Shown piece after piece: positions 53,101-62,100 of a DNA stretch of 64,000 nt. The stretch lies in contig OZ260661.1 in the NCBI GenBank assembly GCA_965285935.1, positions 63,550,001 through 63,614,000 on the forward strand, read 5' to 3'. Below the pieces are notes generated by a model. That model worked only from the letters and a program-made list of their open reading frames with translations, did no database searches and was not told the origin of the DNA. The first letter of the stretch is position 1. Every line of letters starts with the position of its first letter. Both the position numbers and the translations under genes were made by a program. This stretch comes from Ophelia neglecta (lineage: Eukaryota).

Positions 53101-56100
53101 TGCCATCATGAGTCTGACTTTAATCTCTGTATGAAGGATGTGGCCAAGACCACGGCAGAAGGTGAGCCCAAAGTACAGCAGGTGGTGAGCCTCAGTGAGC
53201 TGATCATGCCCCACACCTCTCCACGGGGTCAGGAGGCTGTCCACAGGGAGGTGGAGACGGTGAAAAAAGACTGGGAACACCTCAAAACACAGCTTACACA
53301 GGTACAGGACTGTCATATCAACACTCTCTCCAAACACCACACATCTGTAATAATAAATTTATCTTTAAGTAAAAACTGTCACTCCAAGAATGGATGGGAA
53401 AAATAAAGGAGTAATAATAAACTATATTTCAAAAGATGATCTCTGGAGGAAGTGTGCTTACCATTCCAAGTAATTGTAGAGCTGGACAACATTTAGTTAT
53501 ATTTCATTGCTTTATATGTTTAAAATGATATACATGTACATGTAGATGTTTTTCATACCTTAAAATGCTGAAATGAAGTTTTCAAGACTGACTCCTGTTC
53601 ACAAATTGTACTTGTATCAGTGAAATCAATTGTTGTTGGTTTTCCTCAGGCCAAGGGTGACTTGGAGAAGGTGATCCAACAATGGCATGAGTACGAGGAG
53701 CATTTTGACCGATGTACAGTCTGGTTAAAAGATTTAGATGGTCAGATGAGAGGAATTGACCTCAGAGCTTCACTGCCTGAGAAGCAGGAAACCCTACAAA
53801 AACTTAAGGTGAGGATGCCCTCAATCATTTAGAATAATTGGCAAATTTATGAAGGTACAGAGTTTTGGTATTACTATAAAACCTATGAAATGATTAAATT
53901 TAGAAATAGAATATTTCTGAGATGAATGTAATGTTTATATTCCAGAGTTTGAATGATGACCTGATGTCCTACCAGGCTGACATTGATGAGATGACAGACA
54001 AGTCCCAGGCCCTTCAGCACACCTCAGGTGACAGCAGAGTGGCCTCACAGGCCTCTCAACTGGCCACCAAATACCAGGCTCTCACTCAAACCATCAAGGT
54101 ATTCTAAACAACCAACCAACAGTACTGTACAGACAGCAGGCTATGCTTTTAAAGCAGTGTTTCATTGCCGCCAAGCAGTTAGGTTTAGACACTTCTGTAT
54201 TAAGAAGAATGAATAATTTGGACGATAGAAAGATTCACTGTGTGTATGTTTTACCTGTAGGAGCTGTTGAGAAGATGGGAACAGTTTGCAGCAGACCACC
54301 AGAATTATGAAGACACCTACCACAACTGTTCTGAGTGGCAGAAGGACATTGCCAACCGGCTGACCTCCTGCTCAGCTTCAGAGGGTGACAAGTTTGCCTT
54401 ACAGAACAAGGTGACAAAAATCCAGGAGTTGATGAACTGCCGGGACGATGGCTTCCATAAACTACAACAGGCAGTGGACAGCGGCCATCTTGTCCTCCCT
54501 AACAGCTCCAACTTAGGCAAGGACAAAATCAGTGAGGACATCCAGAAACTAAGGCAAAACTGGGACCTACTGGTCACTAACATGAACGAGAGCAAAAACA
54601 ACCTGGAGATGGCGGTCTCCCAGTGGGATCTGTATGAAGACGCCTCCGCACACCTCGCAAAATGGCTGGCAGATATCCAAGGTAACATCAAGGCAGAGAG
54701 CTGCCTGCAGAGCAGCCTGCCGGAGAAGAGAGCTCAGATGGAGAGGGTGAAGGTGATGTCCATGAATGTCTCCAGCCAGCAGGCTACTATCACCAACCTG
54801 AAAGACAAGGCAGACAGTCTGGCCTCAGCCACTAAAGACCCACAAATGGCTAGCGAGGCATCACAGCTGATCAAACGCTACGAAGTAATTGCGGAAGTGG
54901 TGGCTGACCTCAGTCAGCGCTGTGAGCAGTACGCTACTGATCATCAATCATACCAGGACAGCTCCCAAGACGTTAGGGACTTCCTGAACACCGCCCAAGA
55001 TAAGTTGGTGGCTTGTTCTGATGTTCGTGGAGATAGACACAGTCTCAACTCCAAAAAGGAGAAAGTTGATGAACTGGTTGCTTTGAAATCGGATGGGCAG
55101 TCAAAGCTGTTGGCAGCTACTGACAAAGCCAGTGTGACTATACCAAACACCGCTCCCAGAGGACAAGATATCATCAGGGCTGAAGTCAAGTCATTCACAG
55201 ATGATTTTGACAACTGGACGACCAATGTCACAGATACTTGCTCTCAGCTGGAAAAGACACAACAACAGTGGCAGGAATTTGACGAATCTTACGAGCAACT
55301 AAGTGGCTGGTTGAAGGAAATGGAAGACAGGGTCAAAGGAGTTGTTGAGCTCAAAACAACCATTGAAGAGAAACAAACTATTTTTCAGCAATACCAAAAA
55401 CACCACGAGGAAGTAGTTTCCAAGCAGTGTGTATTTGATGAGCTGAGTGACAAAGCCCAGTTCCTGCTTCAGAGCAGCACAGATTCCAGAATCACCTCCC
55501 AGCTGACCCAGCTCAACTCCAGATACACATCACTGATGGCACATACAAAAGACACTATGAAGAAACTGGATCAACATGTGGACGACCACAGACAGTATAA
55601 GAACTGCTATGAGAAGTGTGTCAGCTGGCTGGATGCCACAAGCCAGAGACTTGCTGCCTGTAGTGACACCTCAGGCAATAAGGAGAGCATCCAAGCTCAA
55701 CTGGAGAACCTACATGTAAGTCTTCTATAGTGTTTAAAAAACTTGTTCCACTGGTAAAAAAATGCTTTTATTGTTTCAAGTTGCTGCCTAAAATTGTTAA
55801 GCTATATGAGTCGTTCTATTTAATAATGTCTTCTGTTTTTGCCTGTCAGGAGTTTATTGCCTTGAAGGAAGAAGGACAGTCTCAGACCCATGCTGCTAAC
55901 ACCTGGGGAGACAAGACCATGAGCAGCACCTCACTGGAAGGTCGTGACATCATACAGTCAGAAATCAACTGCCTGCAGCGGGACTGGGATGCCTTCCTCT
56001 CAGCGATCAGTGACACACGGGCAGCTCTGGAGTCCTGCCTCCTTCAATGGAGCGACTTTGATGACAGCACGGAGCAGATTCAGCGCTGGCTCAAAGATAT

Positions 56101-59100
56101 GGAGAGGAGACTGAAAGACACTGAGCCTAAGGCTGACCTGGGCGAGAAGAAAGCTCAGCTCCAGAGAATCAAGGTCAGTTTTAATCATCAATCTTTAAGT
56201 TGATCATCATCTCACATTCCACTTGGAGTATACAGTGGTCCCTGTGATATAGTGCCACCCCTAAATCCAAGGAAAAGTGGCCCTACATTGCAGGTGGCCC
56301 TTCATGGGAGGTACTTTTACATGGAAAAGATAGGACAAGGGAATTCAAAAACTGTCCTGCCATCGCAGGTGGCCCTTCATCAGAGTGGCCCTACATTGCA
56401 CGGACCACTGTACTGATGATTTTGTGCTTATAATATAGCTTTAAACTTAAGCAGCATTTGTTGGATGAATGCTTATAATATTCTATTCATTTGGTTGTAG
56501 GGTTTAAAGCAGGATATAAGTGCCTATGAGCACATGATTGATTCTGTTAAGTCAAAGGCTCAGGAGCTCACCACAAAGACCTCTCAGACACCCGATAGCA
56601 AACTTACCGCTGAAAGTGCACGAATAGTTGACAGATATGAACACATTGTGGAAAAAGCTAAAGTAAGTAATTGATTACTTATAGAGTTACCAAATTTTAA
56701 TAACAAAGTATGGCTAAGTTGCATCTTCACTAGAAGAGGACTTTGTGGACACCTGATGTTTATTATTTAAACCTGTATCATCCTCTACAGGAGCTGGTAG
56801 ACAGACATGACCAGGAGGTTGCTGAGCACCAGGCGTACCAGGAGGCTTGCAATGCCTTCCTGGCATGGCTCAGGTCTGCCAGAGAAAAACTGGCCACCTG
56901 CTCAGACACCTATGGTGACAAAGCCACCATCAGTAGCAAAATTGAAAAACTCCAGGTTAGTTCATAGTGTCCTAAAAAAGGGTATGTTTCCTTGTTTTAA
57001 GAAGGGTTATTGCATCTCTGATTGACTATTACCTGATCACTGATAGTGTTTTGTTCTAATCCTCCACAGAGCATTGAACCTGATAAAGAGGCAGGGGCTG
57101 AACTGCTCTCTAAAGCCAAACATGGCAGTGAACAGATTCTGCCAAGCACTGCCATATCAGGCCACCATCGCATAGAGCAGGAGCTACACAACCTCAATCA
57201 AGACTTGACTGATTTTAATACTCAAGTGGACACATCTCTACATAACCTGGACACCTGCCTCAGCCGCTGGAACTCCTACGAGGAGGCTCAGCAGGTGTTC
57301 TCCACCTGGCTGGCAGGCTGCAGCAATGATCTGAAAATAGTGATGGAGCTTCAGGCCACTCTGTCAGAGAAAGAACAACAACTGGAAGAATATCAAGTGA
57401 GTTTGAAGCAGGCAGTGTGTCAAAAGTGAAAGGAACAATTATAAGTCTTTAATTATAAAAACGGAACAGAAATAAGCTATGTCACAACCTAAATTCTAAA
57501 ACTAAGGGTACATTCTGTATTAGATATGCATCATCTATTAAATCTTTTATGGCATTTTATTAGGAATTTTACATGCTAGTACATGTTCATGTATAAATCA
57601 TTAAAGTTTAAACTTGATATATTTGCAGACATTATTTTCTTATTTGCCTTTGTAGGCTAGGCACCAGGAGATAGTGGAGCACCAAGACGAGATGGATGCT
57701 GTGAGTCAGAAGGCCCAGTCTTTACTAGAGATTAACTCTGACGCTAGAGTCTCGCACTCCATCACCCAGCTCACTACCAAATACCAGGTAACAGCATTCA
57801 GTGATTAAACTGTTAACTGTCAACATCTTAGTAAATCACAAGCAAATACAGAATACTAGTAAGAAACGAATAAAGAGCCAACTGGATGATACATTCTTCA
57901 AACCTGGCTTATATGTTAAGTAGTACATATAGAAGGAAATAGTGAGAAATCATTTCTTTACCTACAGGCCCTCATGTCAGCTTCCAAGGAGGCCGTGAAG
58001 AAGGCTGAGTCCCAGTGCAATGAACATCGTAACTACAACTCAGCAGCAGACGACTTCAACACCTGGCTCAACTCTACCAAAGAGAAAGTTAGTGCTCTCG
58101 ACAACGTCATTGGCACTAAAGAGGAACTGGAAGGCAGACTGACCAGGATCAGGGTGAGTGGAATCAAGTCTGACTTGGTGTACCAAATGTTAAGAATTTT
58201 ATGTTATGGGATATCCAACATAGAAAGGTGATCTTTTTGTAAGATCCTTGCATTGTATTGTATGTCCAAACTTTTTTCCATTCCAAAATGTTCTAAAATT
58301 ATTCCTAAATGATGATATAATGACCTGTTGGAGCTGTTTTTTGTAGGAGTTGCAGACGGCTCTGGACCATGGTCATGCCAAACTGAAAACCTCATCAGAT
58401 CAAGGTGACCGAGTCCTCCCCAAGACCAACTCAGTAGGAACCCAGGCCATTAGACAAGAGCTAGAGACATTCAGGGTGGACTATGACAACCTCAAGTCTC
58501 AGATGACACAGGCAAAACATGGAATTGAAACCATGATCTCCAATTGGAGTAACTTTGACCGCACCTTTGAGCAGCTGAATCAGTGGGTTAAAGAAACCGA
58601 GATGAGAGTCAAGACGGATGCCGGCACAAAGGCAGACTTGGCGGAGAAGAAAGCTCACTTGGAGAAGATGAAGATGTTGAACAAGGATATTACTCTGCAC
58701 CAGGGTCAGATGGACACCATCCAAGAGAAGAGCTCCCAGCTGGAAGAGCCCAACATCCAGGCCACAGTCTCAGAGCTGGTGGGCAGGTATGACAAGCTGA
58801 AGACCGGGACAGCTGATCATGTCAACTCCCTGGAGACTCAGGTGGCTGAGCATGAACAGTACAAACAGTCTTACAACCAGTGTACAAACTGGGTTATAGC
58901 TACACGCCATCAGCTACAACAACTGATGGACCTCTCCGGTTCCAAGGAAGACATTCAGAAAAAACTGAAACAACAACAGGTACTTGGGAACTTGTGTCCA
59001 ATATTTTCACTAAGCTGCCTTGTACATGTATTATAAAAATTGATCATTGTTTTTAAAGATAAATGATTCAACTTCCAAATCTCATGTGATGTCTTGTCCG

Positions 59101-62100
59101 TGTAGGATTTGAAGTCTGCTGTAGCAGAAGGAGAGGCTGTGTACAATGAGACTGAGTCACTCAGTGGGCAAGTGTTGACCAACACCTCCTCTGCTGGCTG
59201 TGATCGCATCAGACAAGAGATGCAGATACTCCAGAATGAAATGGGCAGCCTCCATGCCAATCTCAATGAAACAGAGACTGCCCTGGAGTCCTCTCTCCAA
59301 GGCCTGGAGGAGTATGAAACTGAGCATGCTCACTTTGTGGAGTGGTTGACCTTGACAGAGGACAAGGTCAAGGCCAGCAGTCAAGAGCAGGACTTCCGGG
59401 CTCCAGCTCAGGTGGAGGCTAATTATGAGGTGAGAAATGGTGTGCCTGCTAGTACACACAGCAATATCACTTTTAGAATGGTAGGCATCATTATTCTAGG
59501 AACTATGGGTTAATGAATATCATAGAAGCAAAACCTTATTTTATGATACTGACAGACTGACAACCAACAGCTGTATAATTTGTCACTAACTTAGAAAATG
59601 TTCTGATTGTCATTTGAAAACCAATAGTTAGAAGGTATTGGTGCATTTTATTCCGGACTTAAAATCACTAGTATGCTGATTACACTTTTATTGTATGTAC
59701 TGGACAAACATTATTGTATTCGGACAGTAATTGCTAAACCTAATGAATATCTTGGTAGACTTTGCACGAGGAGATCGTAGCACACAAGCCTGACCTGGAG
59801 AGGCTGACTGCCAAGTGTGATGTAGTACTCCAGAGAAGTTCAGACCCCTCAATATCATCAGCCGTCATGCAGCTGGCAACCAGATACCAATCTCTACAAG
59901 CTTTGGCAAAGGTAAATGTCTGCTGAATTACTTTGGTTGTTAGCCTGTATTATGCTGCTTAATATTGTATATACATGTACATGCATTTTCAACTGATTTG
60001 TTAATATGTGTACCCGAGTGAACCATGATGAACATGGCTGCTATATTATTTGCCATAATCATGGTCATCAAACTAGATGTACACCTCACCCTTGGCAATT
60101 CAAATTAATTTGTTTACGAAAAAGAAATCTAGCCTCAATTATAAGATTCCAAGCATCTCAGATTACAACTATCTAATAAGCTGACGATCTGGGATCCTAT
60201 TTGTTTAGTTGTCCATGATCCCATGTAGTAAGCTGTTGTATATATTTGTGTTGATTTCTCCAAATACTTTGCTTTTTGTCATCAGCGATGTTTAATTGTA
60301 AGTGACTTAGACAGTGTGTATTGATTTGCTTCTAAGTGTTGTGTTTCTGGTGTTGCTTGCATACATCACCCTACAAGTACATAAAAAAAATTGGTCACTT
60401 CATTTCACTGTGGTGTTTCATTTATCAGTAACTTTGAATTTTGCAATGTATTTTATCAGTCTGAAGCAGAGTTACAACTACAGGTAGATGTACTTGGTAT
60501 AAATTGCATTCATTAAGCCTGTTTCCTCAATTAATTAAATGGACTAACACAATTAAAGAAGTTTATTTTTTGGAAAATTTTTTTTGCCTTGCATGGAACT
60601 TTTCTAAGTTTCCCTGTTATTGAAATACGTTACATTGACAAACCTCAGTATTTTCTTTCTTTTTTAATTGATACATGTTGAATGTCATTTTAAGCATGCT
60701 ACCAGAATGAAATTCACATACGTGGTCCGTGGTCAAACACGCGGTGACCCGGGTTTTTTCCATGTGTTTTAATAAGGCAAAAATATAGGCCTATTACAGG
60801 TAACATTCCATAGCCAAGTCGGAATTAATGAACGTAACCTAGATTGACCTAACAGTGACCCCGCCTACTGCACGGCTGTCCACTTGTATAGGATAATGCA
60901 ATGTTAGTTAATTTGGAGCTTCTCCCATTCTGTAGTATCAGTTATTTATTTGGCTTTATGGCAGTGCTGATCAAATTGGTGTTAACGCCTTGCTTTTTTA
61001 TTTATAATACATTTGAAGTATGTTTTGAAGCTAGAGGTCGGAGGCTTTTAGCAGGTAGCTGAATTTAACATGCATGACATGCTTGATTTTAACTACCTTA
61101 GTATGATCCTCGGTGGGTACCACATTGATAGTTACAAATCTGTGTCCAGCTTCAAAAAAATGGTGACTCCCAAACAGTTTGTCTTGTTATAAATTTTTAG
61201 AACATCTTTAAAATTTACCAATGAAATAAAACAATTCTTAGGCAAATTATTTTGTCACAGGTTAAAGCAAATAATAAAATCAGAAAGATTTTATGTCAAT
61301 AAAGCATTGGATATCAAGAATATAGCAGATGGCTAAATTATCTTTTTTGTTTTAACAAGGAATCCAGCAAGAGATTAGAGCAGTTCCTAAGAGAGCAGCG
61401 AGGGTACCAGGACTCCCACCAGAGCTGTAGACAGTGGCTAGAGAGTGCCAAAGAGAGGCTAGACCAATGTAATAACACCATGGGAGATATGAAAGTCATC
61501 CAAAACAGACTGGACACTGTCAAGGTCAGATCCTATGTCTTCTAGTAGACTATTCTCTATAGATAAGTATTTATTATGCTTGACTGTTTCCATGGTATCC
61601 GTGTCCAGCTCCCGGAGCATGTGATTAAGAAAGAGTTCATGGGATTTAGATTAAAATTTGAAATAAAGTAAAACCGAAATAAAGTTAAACCGAGAGAGGG
61701 CTCAACTGGAGATAGCATCTAAACGTATCTAGTTCATGATGGTTAACATATCAGGAAAGGTATTTATTAATCTAGATGAATACTGACTTGTATTAAGTGA
61801 TTTTCAAAGTGATGTCTTTGTTTTGTTGTATCAGGAGATCATATCTACGTTTGACGAGGGCATGCGCCGTGTTAATAACACGTGTGAGCAGGGTCAGAAG
61901 CTGCTTCCCCGGGCCAGCCCCGAGGTACGAAACCAGATCGAGGCAGAGATGACCGCTGTCAAACAGATCTGGGACAAACTGCAGAGAGACATCAACGAGT
62001 GCTGTGGTAATCTGGAGGGCCAGCTGGCCAAGTGGCAGGCCTTCACAGAGTGCCACATGGCTCTCCAACAATGGCTTGGAGCTGTAGAGGATGAGCTGAA

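Noticed and set aside
60700-60900. CpG-rich patch in an intron (a similar one at about 51900-52200)
   Set aside because: No clear terminal repeats, tRNA-like boxes or ORF found by eye; probably old transposon fragments, which I cannot classify.
9441-62071. Many minus-strand ORFs over exons (e.g. 15359-15715, 29265-29561, 54317-54691, 58955-59266)
   Set aside because: Antisense shadows of the coding exons, confined to exon extent, with no independent splice structure or domains.
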